Both the position numbers and the translations under genes were made by a program. Below are positions 29,551 to 38,909 of a stretch of 64,000 nucleotides of DNA, one piece after another. Under the pieces are notes generated by a model that saw nothing but the letters and a program-made list of their open reading frames with translations, was not told the DNA's origin and did not search any database. Within the stretch, counting starts at the first letter, position 1. Each line of letters opens with the position of its first letter. The stretch is from a bacterium (GTDB taxonomy: Bacteria; Patescibacteriota; Andersenbacteria; UBA10190), in assembly GCA_043811915.1 (NCBI GenBank), contig JBDRMS010000005.1, forward strand, positions 41,300 through 105,299. Reading direction: 5' to 3'.

Positions 29551-30345
29551 TTGCTTCGTAACAAACCGGTTATTTCCCTGGATTATGCCGTCAACCCCCA
29601 ATCTCGTTACGGTTACGGCAAGCCCCCTCACCCCCAGCTTCACTCTATAATCAACGCCGGGCATCATCGCTACTTAAAGGAACTTAGTAAACTATTGCGG
29701 CATAAACAGTCCTTGCACAATATCTCAACTCCGCTGTGGCATAACGATTTTCTCCCCGCTCTCGATGCCGCCACCCTGTACAGTTTCACCGCCCAACTTA
29801 AACCAAACCAATATTTTGAAGTCGGCTCCGGCACATCAACCCGCTTTGTCAGACAGGCCATCAACGACCAAAGTCTGCCCGCAAAAATCACTTCTATCGA
29901 CCCTCAACCCCGCGCCGACATAGACCAGCTTTGTCATCACGTTATCCGCCAGGCGCTAGAAAAAACAAATCTAACCATCTTCAATCAATTAGATAAAAAC
30001 GACATTCTTTTTATCGACAATTCCCACCAGTCGTTTCAAAACTCCGATGTCACTGTTTTCTTTCTCGATATCCTGCCGAACCTTAAACCGGGTGTTCTGG
30101 TTGGCATTCATGATATTCTCCTGCCTGATGATTATCCCCCTTCTTACGCACAAAACTATTATTCCGAACAATATCTCCTGGCCTGTTGGCTGCTGGGCGG
30201 CGCCAAAAACATTAACATCGTTTTGCCCAATTGGTTTTGCAGTCAGGATCTGGAATTATCCAGCATCATAAAAACTCTCTTCTCCCATCCCAATTTTCAA
30301 AGCGTCGACACTCACGGCAGCATCTTTTGGTTCAGAAAAACATAG
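29551..30345 (+). CDS. Class I SAM-dependent methyltransferase
   Basis: EVGSGTST, LFIDNSH and GIHDI motifs. Confidence 0.82.
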   Translation: MLRNKPVISLDYAVNPQSRYGYGKPPHPQLHSIINAGHHRYLKELSKLLRHKQSLHNISTPLWHNDFLPALDAATLYSFTAQLKPNQYFEVGSGTSTRFVRQAINDQSLPAKITSIDPQPRADIDQLCHHVIRQALEKTNLTIFNQLDKNDILFIDNSHQSFQNSDVTVFFLDILPNLKPGVLVGIHDILLPDDYPPSYAQNYYSEQYLLACWLLGGAKNINIVLPNWFCSQDLELSSIIKTLFSHPNFQSVDTHGSIFWFRKT

Positions 30346-30391
30346 ATACCAATATTCACCGTCCATACGCCGCCTAACAGCATTTTCAACC

Positions 30392-31375
30392 CTAAGGGTT
30401 GGAAAACATATGTATGGCGATGTGCTCGCGCAAACGGATTATTATATCGTCCAGGGTCAGGCTTGGTTTGAAGCCGATTAGCTTTTGCAGCTTGGAAATA
30501 TCCGGCACGCGTTTTGTCACGTCCTCGAACCCCTGCTTAAACGCCTCCTCATAAGGCACATAAACTTTTTCTGAACGGCTGCCCGTTAGCTCAATCACCC
30601 TGTCCGCCAGTTCATCAATAGTTACGCTATTTGTACTCCCCACGTTGTATACCTCGCCATTTGCCTGATCACTTTCCATTAACTGGTGTAATGCTCCCAC
30701 CACATCACTAACGTGGCAAAAACACCGCGATTGCTGGCCGTCACCATGAATAGTCAGAGGGTTTCCCGCTATGGCCTGTTTAACAAATGTCGGCAGCACC
30801 ATGCCGTAGTGCGAACTCTGTCTCTCTCCCGTCGTATTAAACAAACGAACTACAGTTACCGGCAGTTCCCTCTCAATGTGATAGGCAAAAGCCATGTATT
30901 CATCCAGTGCCTTGGAACAGGCGTACGACCAGCGTCCTTTTGTTGTCGGGCCCATAGCCAGGTCATCTTCTTCAGAGAATACTTCCCGGCATCCTCGCCC
31001 ATAGACCTCTGACGTGGATGTTAGCAGCACCTTTTTACCCAACTCACTGGCCACCGCCAGCACCGCTTCCCCGCCTCTAACATTATTTTCAATTGACTCT
31101 ACCAGCTCTTCCACCACCAGCTTCACTCCAACTGAAGCCGCCAGATGATACACCACATCAACTCTTTGGATTAGTTGTGCCAGTAAGTTGCGGTCCGTAA
31201 CACTGCCGTGAACAAAGTCGAGATGCGCATTAGATCTTAAGTGTGAAATATTCCCCAGCGACCCTGTGGATAAGTTGTCAAGTATATATACAATGTTCCC
31301 GTTTTGCAGTAAATGTTCGGCTAAGTGGGAACCAATAAATCCTGCCCCTCCCGTAATTAATACTCTAGTTCCCAT
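30392..31375 (-). CDS. NAD-dependent nucleotide-sugar epimerase/decarboxylase
   Basis: ITGGAGFIGSH, STSEVYG, YACSK and RLFNT motifs. Confidence 0.9.
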   Translation of the reverse strand: MGTRVLITGGAGFIGSHLAEHLLQNGNIVYILDNLSTGSLGNISHLRSNAHLDFVHGSVTDRNLLAQLIQRVDVVYHLAASVGVKLVVEELVESIENNVRGGEAVLAVASELGKKVLLTSTSEVYGRGCREVFSEEDDLAMGPTTKGRWSYACSKALDEYMAFAYHIERELPVTVVRLFNTTGERQSSHYGMVLPTFVKQAIAGNPLTIHGDGQQSRCFCHVSDVVGALHQLMESDQANGEVYNVGSTNSVTIDELADRVIELTGSRSEKVYVPYEEAFKQGFEDVTKRVPDISKLQKLIGFKPSLTLDDIIIRLREHIAIHMFSNP

Positions 31376-31751
31376 GGTTCTTTTTATTTGCAGCTATTTC
31401 AGTTCGCAGCAGCGCATATTCCTGCGCCAGTTCCCTGTAACGCTGGTCGTGTTTCGAAACTAACACCGAAAAATGAATAGACAGTAAGAATAAACCGCCT
31501 ATTAGAATGAGGAATAATGCCGCTGGCGAATAGTAAATACCCACACTGCGAGCGAAGACATCAAGTAAACCGGCCAGAGCTGAAAACGTCACCATAGCCA
31601 ACCCTACCAGAAACCAGATAATGGAATATCCTTCTTTAAGCTTTTCATTCCGGATCAGATTAATAATCACTGCCAGCAGCAGCACACTTCCCACCACAGC
31701 CAGTATTTGAACACGCGGCGGAATGGAGCCGGATAAAATTTCAGGAAACAT
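31365..31751 (-). CDS. DUF2304 membrane protein
   Basis: Three TM helices, C-terminal RELAQEYALL; downstream of a GT2. Confidence 0.85.
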   Translation of the reverse strand: MFPEILSGSIPPRVQILAVVGSVLLLAVIINLIRNEKLKEGYSIIWFLVGLAMVTFSALAGLLDVFARSVGIYYSPAALFLILIGGLFLLSIHFSVLVSKHDQRYRELAQEYALLRTEIAANKKNHGN

Positions 31752-32460
31752 TACTCCGCTTTACTTTTAAACTACTCACCAGAATAGCAATTGCGTTCGA
31801 CACCACAAAATAAGCCGCCCGAGAAGTGACATCACTATTGCCTACTACCGATTTCCCCGCCTGACGGCGAGACATTGTCGTTGGTACTTCATCTATGGAA
31901 AACCCGGCATTCAACAACATAACAATCGATTCCGGCTCCGGGAAATCGGTCGGGTAGCGACGGGACAAAAATTCCAGCGCCCGACGATTATACGCCCGGT
32001 ACCCCGACGTGGAATCGTAAATCCTTTCCCCCGTCACCAATTTAATTAATAACGAAAACAGTCTAATTCCAATAAGCCGAAGCCAGGAAGAATGGTAAGT
32101 TGTATTGGTCACAAAACGACTACCGATTACCATATCCAGATTGTCGCTCAAAAGCTTGTCAACCAGCATTGGAATATATACCGGGTCGTGCTGTCCATCC
32201 GCATCTACTTCTACCGCCACATCATATCCCCGCCGATAAGCATATTTCAGGCCGGTTTGCACCGCGCCCCCAATACCCAAGTTAAATGGTAAACTCAAGA
32301 CCCGCGCCCCGGCCAACTCGGCTTGCTGCTGTGTTTTATCACTAGACCCATCATTGATTACAACCACCTCTGTCCCCGGGGCGTTTTCTTTTACCTTCTC
32401 AACAACCCCCCGCACCGAATCAGCTTCATTATACGCCGGCATGATAACACACACTCTCAT
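31741..32460 (-). CDS. GT2 polyprenyl-phosphate glycosyltransferase-like
   Basis: PAYNE, NLGIGGAVQTG, DADGQHDP, DSTSGYR and FPEPE motifs. Confidence 0.9.
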   Translation of the reverse strand: MRVCVIMPAYNEADSVRGVVEKVKENAPGTEVVVINDGSSDKTQQQAELAGARVLSLPFNLGIGGAVQTGLKYAYRRGYDVAVEVDADGQHDPVYIPMLVDKLLSDNLDMVIGSRFVTNTTYHSSWLRLIGIRLFSLLIKLVTGERIYDSTSGYRAYNRRALEFLSRRYPTDFPEPESIVMLLNAGFSIDEVPTTMSRRQAGKSVVGNSDVTSRAAYFVVSNAIAILVSSLKVKRSNVS

Positions 32461-32495
32461 CTAGATATACTATGATACTCTTGATAGCTATGCCA

Positions 32496-33590
32496 ATGAA
32501 AATAGCCATCTTTAATTACAGCAGCTCCGGGCTTTTTCATTACGCCTCCTGCCTGGTTAACACCTTGGCCCGAACAACAGATGCAAAAATTCTTTTTCTA
32601 ACTTCCAGCTACAATAATCTCGACTTAATAGAGCCACATCCCCGGGTTAGGATTTTAGCCCAGAAAGTTCCTCACCACCTGCCAGGCTTCTTTCGCTGGC
32701 TGGCCAACCCCAGGGAACAGCTGTGCATTTTTAGAGCCATCCGTAAGTTCGATCCAGACGTTATCCACATCACTGACTCTCATGCCGTATATGTCCCTCA
32801 CCAGTGGTGGTTAAAACGCTACCGCATCATCTTCACTCAACATGATCCCGTCTCCCATCAAGGTGACGTATACCGTTTTTCTTCTCGCATTATTCATCAT
32901 ACTCAACAAAGATTAGCTCATCGCATTGTGGCTCACGGAGAATTTATCAAAAAAACTCTCATTGAAAAAAAAGGCGTTACACCCGATAAAATATTCATCA
33001 TTCCCCACGGAGATTACTCTTTTTATCTTCGCTGGCGTAAAAAAGATATCCGGCCAGTGCCCAATTCGGTCTTGTTTTTCGGCCGCATTGTCGACTATAA
33101 AGGCCTCGACACTCTTCTGGAAAGCCTGATTCAACTGCAAAATCAGTCGATTCCCGTATCTCTTATTTTAGCCGGCAACGGCAACCTTACCAAATATCAG
33201 TCTCTACTCAAACAAGTAAAAAACAAGATAATTGATAATCGAACCATTCCTGACTCTGAAGTTATTAAATATTTTCAAATGAGCACAATATTGGCTTTGC
33301 CGTATCGTGAAGCCAGCCAATCCGGCATTATATCTATAGCCATGCCGGCTGGTTTACCTATAATTGCCACAAAAGTAGGCTCCTTGTCCGAAATACTGGC
33401 CGATAGAAAAAATAGTCTGCTGGTTGAGCCCAACAATCCATCAGCTTTGGCTAAAGCTATAAAACAACTTTTACAGGATAAGCATTTGCGTGAATCATTA
33501 GTCGCGGGTGCCCGACAAACCGTATCTGAAAAAACTTCCTGGCCCATTTGCGCCCGACAGTATTATCAGCTCTACCAATCAGTTCTATGA
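32496..33590 (+). CDS. Glycosyltransferase family 4
   Basis: FFGRIVDYKG and LPYREASQSG motifs. Confidence 0.88.
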   Translation: MKIAIFNYSSSGLFHYASCLVNTLARTTDAKILFLTSSYNNLDLIEPHPRVRILAQKVPHHLPGFFRWLANPREQLCIFRAIRKFDPDVIHITDSHAVYVPHQWWLKRYRIIFTQHDPVSHQGDVYRFSSRIIHHTQQRLAHRIVAHGEFIKKTLIEKKGVTPDKIFIIPHGDYSFYLRWRKKDIRPVPNSVLFFGRIVDYKGLDTLLESLIQLQNQSIPVSLILAGNGNLTKYQSLLKQVKNKIIDNRTIPDSEVIKYFQMSTILALPYREASQSGIISIAMPAGLPIIATKVGSLSEILADRKNSLLVEPNNPSALAKAIKQLLQDKHLRESLVAGARQTVSEKTSWPICARQYYQLYQSVL

Positions 33591-34264
33591 ACAAGGTTGT
33601 TATCGTTATTCCGGCCTTCAACGAAGCCAAGGTTATTGGGCAAGTCATAAAAGATATTCGCTCGAAGGGATTTGCCGGCATTATTGTGGTCGATGACGGT
33701 TCAACTGACAAAACCACCCCGGTTGCCACACAAGCTGGTGCCATAGTCGTTACTCACCGCTTCAATCGTGGCAAGGGAGCAGCAATTAAAACTGGTTTAG
33801 AGGCAGCCAAGTTACTATCAGCCGGTATTATAGTTACCATAGATGGCGACGGACAGCACGCGGCCAGCGATATACCAGCTCTTGTCCAGCCAATTATTGA
33901 CGGCCGCTGCCAGGTGGTTTTGGGTAACAGGCTGCATTCCTGTTCCTCCATGCCCAAACAAAAAATTATCCAGAACATTGTCGGTAACGCCGTCACTTTC
34001 CTTCTGCACCGCCAATGGGTAACCGACAGCCAATCAGGTTTTCGCGCCTACTCCCGCCTCGCTGCAGAGCTCATTAATACCCAGGCCGACTTCTACGATT
34101 ACGACAGTGAAGTTATCCGCGAAATACGCCGGCACCGCATCAGTTTCCAGGAAGTTCCCGTTGCAGTCCACTACACACCCTACTCACAATCAAAGTCACA
34201 CAAGCAAACTCTGGCTAATGGTGTAAAAACAGTCTATCGTATGATTTGGCATTTGATTTCTTAG
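33587..34264 (+). CDS. GT2 polyprenyl-phosphate glycosyltransferase-like
   Basis: PAFNE, VDDGSTD, NRGKGAA, DGDGQH and DSQSGFR motifs. Confidence 0.9.
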   Translation: MNKVVIVIPAFNEAKVIGQVIKDIRSKGFAGIIVVDDGSTDKTTPVATQAGAIVVTHRFNRGKGAAIKTGLEAAKLLSAGIIVTIDGDGQHAASDIPALVQPIIDGRCQVVLGNRLHSCSSMPKQKIIQNIVGNAVTFLLHRQWVTDSQSGFRAYSRLAAELINTQADFYDYDSEVIREIRRHRISFQEVPVAVHYTPYSQSKSHKQTLANGVKTVYRMIWHLIS

Positions 34265-34266
34265 CC

Positions 34267-34632
34267 ATGATCATATTTAATCTACAGTTATATCAATTCG
34301 TCATCGCGGCTCTTTGTCTTGTCATGATCGGCTTCAGTATTGAACGATTTATCAGAGGAGATAAAAATCAAACCATCCTTAAATTACTGGTGCGCATACT
34401 GGTCTGGGGTGGCATGTTAACTATTACCCTATCTCCCCGGATCATTTATTTCCTGGCCCGTTTCGTCGGCTTGGAGGGCGAGATAAATGCTGTCATCCTG
34501 ACAGGCTTTTTACTCACTTTTCTCATGATTTTTAAACTACTTTCTGTCATTGAGCGTATTGAGTATCAAATAACCTTGCTTACTCGCCGGGAAGCACTTA
34601 AAAATATCAAAGCGCCTAAGACGAAAAAATGA
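34267..34632 (+). CDS. DUF2304 membrane protein
   Basis: Three TM helices, C-terminal QITLLTRREAL; follows a GT2. Confidence 0.8.
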   Translation: MIIFNLQLYQFVIAALCLVMIGFSIERFIRGDKNQTILKLLVRILVWGGMLTITLSPRIIYFLARFVGLEGEINAVILTGFLLTFLMIFKLLSVIERIEYQITLLTRREALKNIKAPKTKK

Positions 34633-36287
34633 CAAAATTCAGCGCGTGGGAACAACTAAACCTCGCCGCCATTCTAGTCATCCTGGGTTTTCCTGTCCTG
34701 CTACTTCTTGAAATTACGATTACTCGCCAGCTGCATCCAGCTCTTGTTTTAATAAATCTCGCCGCCGCCTCCCTCTTCTTTTTGATTTTTATCTACCAGC
34801 GCAGCTCCGCCAAAGAAGGCCTGGACCGCATCCCCGTCTTTCCTCTCCTGTGCATTTTTTTTCTACAACTGATCATTATTACTGCCATATTTTCTGCCTA
34901 CTTGGCCCTGTCCGATGTTGATCCTTACCACTGGATAAAAGAATACAATCAAAACTTCAACACCGGCCCGCTTAATAAACTGCCCCAGCGATCGCTTTTT
35001 CATACTCTAATATATACTCTCGATCAAATTCCTGGCATCAGAGCCGAGATCATATTTAAATATATTATCCCCCTGCTATCACTGCTTTGCCTAATCCCGG
35101 CCTGGCTGGTAGCCCGGCGATTCCGCCGGCCAACGCACCAGATACTTTGGCTCCTGGTCCCTCTCCTTAGCCCCTCGCTTATCATCCACTCTCAAATGGG
35201 TACACCCCAGGCTGTACTTCTCGTTCTGACAATATTTTTCGTTTTCCTGCTCATATATTCCCGCTTAACCCAAAACAGGTTTTGGCATTACCTGGCCGGT
35301 GCCATTATGCTCCTGGCTATCCCCATTCACGGCTTGGCTCTACTCATGTTTACTAGCTGGCTTGTCGCCACCGCCTGGCGTCACTCCAAGCACAATTATA
35401 TCCTCCTTCTTTTACTGCCCATCGCCATACTGGCCGCGCCATATCTTAAAGCCTATCTTCCTCAAGTATTTAGCGACATTCACCTTAATTTATCCTTCCC
35501 TGCGACATTCACCACTATCGACAACGTACCCAACGGCTGGCCTGGGCTAACCGGCCTCATCCAATACTATGCTTTCTATTTGGGATTAGTCGTGCCAGTC
35601 ATTTTGCTCATCAACATCTTTCTTTTCTTCAAACACGCCGGCTATCGCCGTCAAATTACACAACTAATAGATAACAGCTCTACTTTAACTCTTGTCATTA
35701 TGTTCGCCGGCTTTTTCTCAATCGCCGAAGTTTTGCCTCGCTTCTTCAACATTGTTATTCTGCCCGATCGCGCCTGGCTGTTTGCCGATCTAGCAGCCAC
35801 GGTGTTCTTTTTACCCCTGTTCCAGTACCGGTCTGACAAAAATAAATTCCTGTCTTTCCTGCTTATATTGTTTTTCATCATCAACATCGGCGGCGCCCTG
35901 TACATCAACAATCTTAAAAAGAATCTTTTGCCCGATTACGCTGTTAATGCCGCACTTTGGCTTAACAGCAACCTTCCCGCCAACAGTGCGGTTATGCTAA
36001 ATCGCAAACCTGAATATCTTGACCTCTATACGGCGAGGATCTCTCTAATCCAACTGCCCGATGATTTTTTCTGTCTTGGGTCGGACGACATAGTTGCTTT
36101 TTCACAGCAGGAACCAACCCTCTACCTCCTTTTCTTAAAGCCAAACACCTCAAGTCCATATCTTCAGCGTCCCTGGCACGAACCACTAGACACGCAGTGC
36201 AGTAAACCTGGCCCTGGCAACGAACTCGGTCGCTTCCAGCAAATATATAATGACGGCGGCCAGGCCATAATCTGGAAAATACTATGA
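34629..36287 (+). CDS. Multi-pass membrane protein, putative GT-C
   Basis: DPYHW loop motif, about 12 TM helices, AALWLNSNLP C-terminal domain. Confidence 0.6.
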   Translation: MTKFSAWEQLNLAAILVILGFPVLLLLEITITRQLHPALVLINLAAASLFFLIFIYQRSSAKEGLDRIPVFPLLCIFFLQLIIITAIFSAYLALSDVDPYHWIKEYNQNFNTGPLNKLPQRSLFHTLIYTLDQIPGIRAEIIFKYIIPLLSLLCLIPAWLVARRFRRPTHQILWLLVPLLSPSLIIHSQMGTPQAVLLVLTIFFVFLLIYSRLTQNRFWHYLAGAIMLLAIPIHGLALLMFTSWLVATAWRHSKHNYILLLLLPIAILAAPYLKAYLPQVFSDIHLNLSFPATFTTIDNVPNGWPGLTGLIQYYAFYLGLVVPVILLINIFLFFKHAGYRRQITQLIDNSSTLTLVIMFAGFFSIAEVLPRFFNIVILPDRAWLFADLAATVFFLPLFQYRSDKNKFLSFLLILFFIINIGGALYINNLKKNLLPDYAVNAALWLNSNLPANSAVMLNRKPEYLDLYTARISLIQLPDDFFCLGSDDIVAFSQQEPTLYLLFLKPNTSSPYLQRPWHEPLDTQCSKPGPGNELGRFQQIYNDGGQAIIWKIL

Positions 36288-37498
36288 AATTATTAATCTT
36301 TTCACCTTATTATCCCCCTCACATAGGCGGCCTTCAGAGTCATGCCGAGCAATTTAATCAGCACATGTCAAAAACCGGAGCTTACATCACAGTTTTTACC
36401 AGTCAGCTGCCCCGCTCCGCTCCCACCAGCGAAAATAAAAATAGAGTAACAATAATCCGCTTTCCCGCCTGGGAAATAATTCCCAACTACCCTCTGCCGA
36501 AGTTCTGGCAACCTGCTTTCTGGCTTGAGTGGCAACAACTAAAAAAGCAACGTTTTGACATTGTCATCTCTCGCACCCGCTTCTTTTCCACTTCCCTGTT
36601 CGCATTGATCTACGCCAAGTGGGACAATATCCCCTGGCTGCACATAGAGCACGGTTCAGATTTTGTCAGCCTGGCCAACCCCGTCACCAGGCTAACAGCT
36701 CATATTTATGACTACACTTTGGGTCGCTTAATTCTCCATCTGGCCGACCAGGTTGTTGCCAACTCCAAGTCCTCCGCCGACTTTGTCAAACGACTTTCTG
36801 GCCGTACTGCCGCAGTCATCTACCGTGGTGTCAATCAGGACGCAATCATAAATACAGCCCCGGATCAAAACATTAAGAACATCCACAAAAATAAAATTAT
36901 TATTACTTTTATTGGCCGGCTCATCGATGGCAAAGGCGTCGACGATCTTCTGCGAGCCCTTAAGATAGTATCAACTCCGCAAACATCACCAGCCATTTCG
37001 GTGTTGATGGAGAAACACCAAGGGTTGAGGAGGCGCGATTTTCACTGCCTCATTATTGGCGACGGTTCCAAACGCGAATCTCTCAACAAACTAGCCAGGC
37101 AGTTAGGCATCAGCAAACGCATTACTTTTCTCGGCCAGCAAGGGTTCAGTCAATCAGTATCTATTTTAAAAACCTCTGACATTTTTATAAACCCCAGCCA
37201 CACCGAAGGTTTGCCCACTTCCGTCATCGAAGCCGCCTTATGCAAGACTGCTATTATCGCCACTAATGTCGGCGGCACTCCGGAAATCGTCACCAATAAC
37301 ACAAGCGCCTACCTCGTCCAACCAAAACACCCAAGTATTTTGGCAGACAGATTAATTGATCTTATTCAGAATCCCGCCAAGCGTCAGCTCCTGTCAGAAC
37401 ACGCCTACCGAGAAGTAATAAACAAATTTTCCTGGCCGGCCAGCACCGCCGCCTACAACAAAATCCTTAAACATCTCATTCAAACACCAGGTGTTTGA
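36284..37498 (+). CDS. Glycosyltransferase family 4
   Basis: YPPHIGG, GRLIDGKG and EGLPTSVIEA motifs; the stop codon lies inside a palindrome. Confidence 0.9.
   Translation: MKLLIFSPYYPPHIGGLQSHAEQFNQHMSKTGAYITVFTSQLPRSAPTSENKNRVTIIRFPAWEIIPNYPLPKFWQPAFWLEWQQLKKQRFDIVISRTRFFSTSLFALIYAKWDNIPWLHIEHGSDFVSLANPVTRLTAHIYDYTLGRLILHLADQVVANSKSSADFVKRLSGRTAAVIYRGVNQDAIINTAPDQNIKNIHKNKIIITFIGRLIDGKGVDDLLRALKIVSTPQTSPAISVLMEKHQGLRRRDFHCLIIGDGSKRESLNKLARQLGISKRITFLGQQGFSQSVSILKTSDIFINPSHTEGLPTSVIEAALCKTAIIATNVGGTPEIVTNNTSAYLVQPKHPSILADRLIDLIQNPAKRQLLSEHAYREVINKFSWPASTAAYNKILKHLIQTPGV
36991..37037 (+). repeat. Intragenic hairpin element, 5'-degenerate copy
   Basis: CCAAGGGTTGAGGAGGC (37018-37034) is identical to 61249-61265; inner stem GGTGTT/AACACC with an 8-nt loop. 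Confidence 0.7.
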
Positions 37499-37500
37499 AT
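37478..37500. repeat. 23-bp palindrome ATTCAAACACC-A-GGTGTTTGAAT (left copy)
   Basis: Identical to 38847-38869. Confidence 0.9.
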
Positions 37501-37664
37501 TGCAACTAAAAGCCACGTAGCTGCAATATTCTACATATAGCTGCTCTATTTTCTACAACAAGTCACTTGACGTCCCTCCCCCTTCTGGTACACAAAAGTA
37601 GTTCCCTTCCCAATTAACCCCCTTTTTTTCTCGACCAGTGCCAAAAAAGCACGGCGGACAAATC

Positions 37665-37948
37665 ATGCCCAAAAGCATAAAACCAGATCCTAGCTTCGCC
37701 GAATGCGAAAAAGTAAAGTGTCCAAAGTGTGGTGGCCCAAATCACGCGTTTTTTGATTGATGTTGTCACTGCGGCTATTCTTTTCGTCGAGATCACTTCA
37801 TCGAAGAGGAAGAAACAAACGAGGGTACGATCGTTCGCCATGGTCACTTTAGTACTATAACCGGAGAAAAGAAAGTGGCTGCGGATGGGCTCTTCTCCTG
37901 TTTACAGTTGGAATTACATTGGCCATCAGCAAAGTACTCTCAATGTAG
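37665..37948 (+). pseudogene. Degenerate zinc-ribbon/TM gene
   Basis: CPKCGGPNHAFFD*CCHCGYSF with a TGA at 37758-60; a TM tail (SGCGWALLLFTVGITLAISKVLSM*) lies in another frame. Confidence 0.5.
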
Positions 37949-38035
37949 TGGCTTTGAATCCGGAAGCGAGCGGATCAACATTATCATCCATCCACAACTT
38001 TTGCGCGAATGGGTGATAGTTAGATCGTTCTATTT

Positions 38036-38065
38036 AACCGCCACCATCACCCAGGCGGTTTTTTT
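38036..38065 (+). terminator. Intrinsic terminator AACCGCC-11nt-GGCGGTT-T5
   Basis: 7-bp stem followed by a T-run. Confidence 0.65.
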
Positions 38066-38160
38066 CTGAGCCTGTCGAAGAGCTACCTCACACTACACTC
38101 ACTATTTATTTGTCATTCCCCTTCTTGAGGTTTTTCTACTTTCTGGGAGCTACGAGACTT

Positions 38161-38817
38161 CTAGGCGTCGTCCTCAAGAAGTAAGTGCTTAATTTCCGCC
38201 AGCTCGCGTGCATAATCAGCATGATCAGAAACAAACGCCCTGTATTCGCCCGGCGGCATCATGCTTCGTATAAGCCCCGTGTGACATCTATGATATTTCG
38301 ATTTCCACCCGATATATTCCGACAGCGAGGACCACTCATAAATAAAAGGGTCTTTAGTCATACCTACTACATAGGGGTTGAGATGAATATATCGACTAAC
38401 ATGCAACAGTTGTTCATCTCCATCCACAGCAACCGCCCGAAAGGGACCAGCAAATAGTGGGCCAGTTCGTTTATGGCGAATGTTAAAGTACCGTGCATAA
38501 CTATTAAGCAATCGCTGGAGATAAGCTGACGTCCCACAATCATAATTTTCTTTGAGTAACAGATGAACATGATTCGTCATTAAGCAATAACACAAGAGGT
38601 CAACTGGCCCTGTGCTAACATCCGTCTTTTGCTGTTCCTGCTTAAGTCGCTTTGCAGTTGAATAACTCTGAGTAATTCCACGGGGTAAGCAATGAATTAT
38701 CAAAGCCAGAAACCGCTCCCTATCCTCATCGTCAATAAAAATCTTGCGCTGCCCAACACTACGCGCACAAACATGATACACTTCACCTGGTGCAAAATCT
38801 ACATACCGATACCCCAT
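38161..38817 (-). mobile_element. REP-associated tyrosine (HUH/Y1) transposase, RAYT-like
   Basis: YHVCAR...IFIDDEDRERFL, YCLMTNHVHLL, YFNIRHKRTGPLF, RYIHLNP and YEWSS motifs. Confidence 0.88.
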
Positions 38818-38846
38818 ATCTTCAGTCTACAACCTAGATAAAGGCA

Positions 38847-38869
38847 ATTCAAACACCAGGTGTTTGAAT
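38847..38869. repeat. 23-bp palindrome ATTCAAACACC-A-GGTGTTTGAAT (right copy)
   Basis: Identical to 37478-37500; about 30 bp upstream of the transposase start. Confidence 0.9.
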
Positions 38870-38909
38870 AATGTTTTACGCCTGGCACTTTTCACTTTAA
38901 GCTTTACTC

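Noticed and set aside
9124-37760. Stop-codon reassignment suggested by the in-frame TAG (9124) and TGA (37758)
   Set aside because: Many intact genes end in TGA (often as ATGA overlaps) or TAG at the expected C-termini, and long genes have no internal stops; isolated lesions explain both cases.
37478-38869. CRISPR array or classical IS terminal inverted repeats
   Set aside because: Only two copies 1.35 kb apart, no spacers or cas genes, no evident target-site duplication, and the enzyme is HUH-type rather than DDE.
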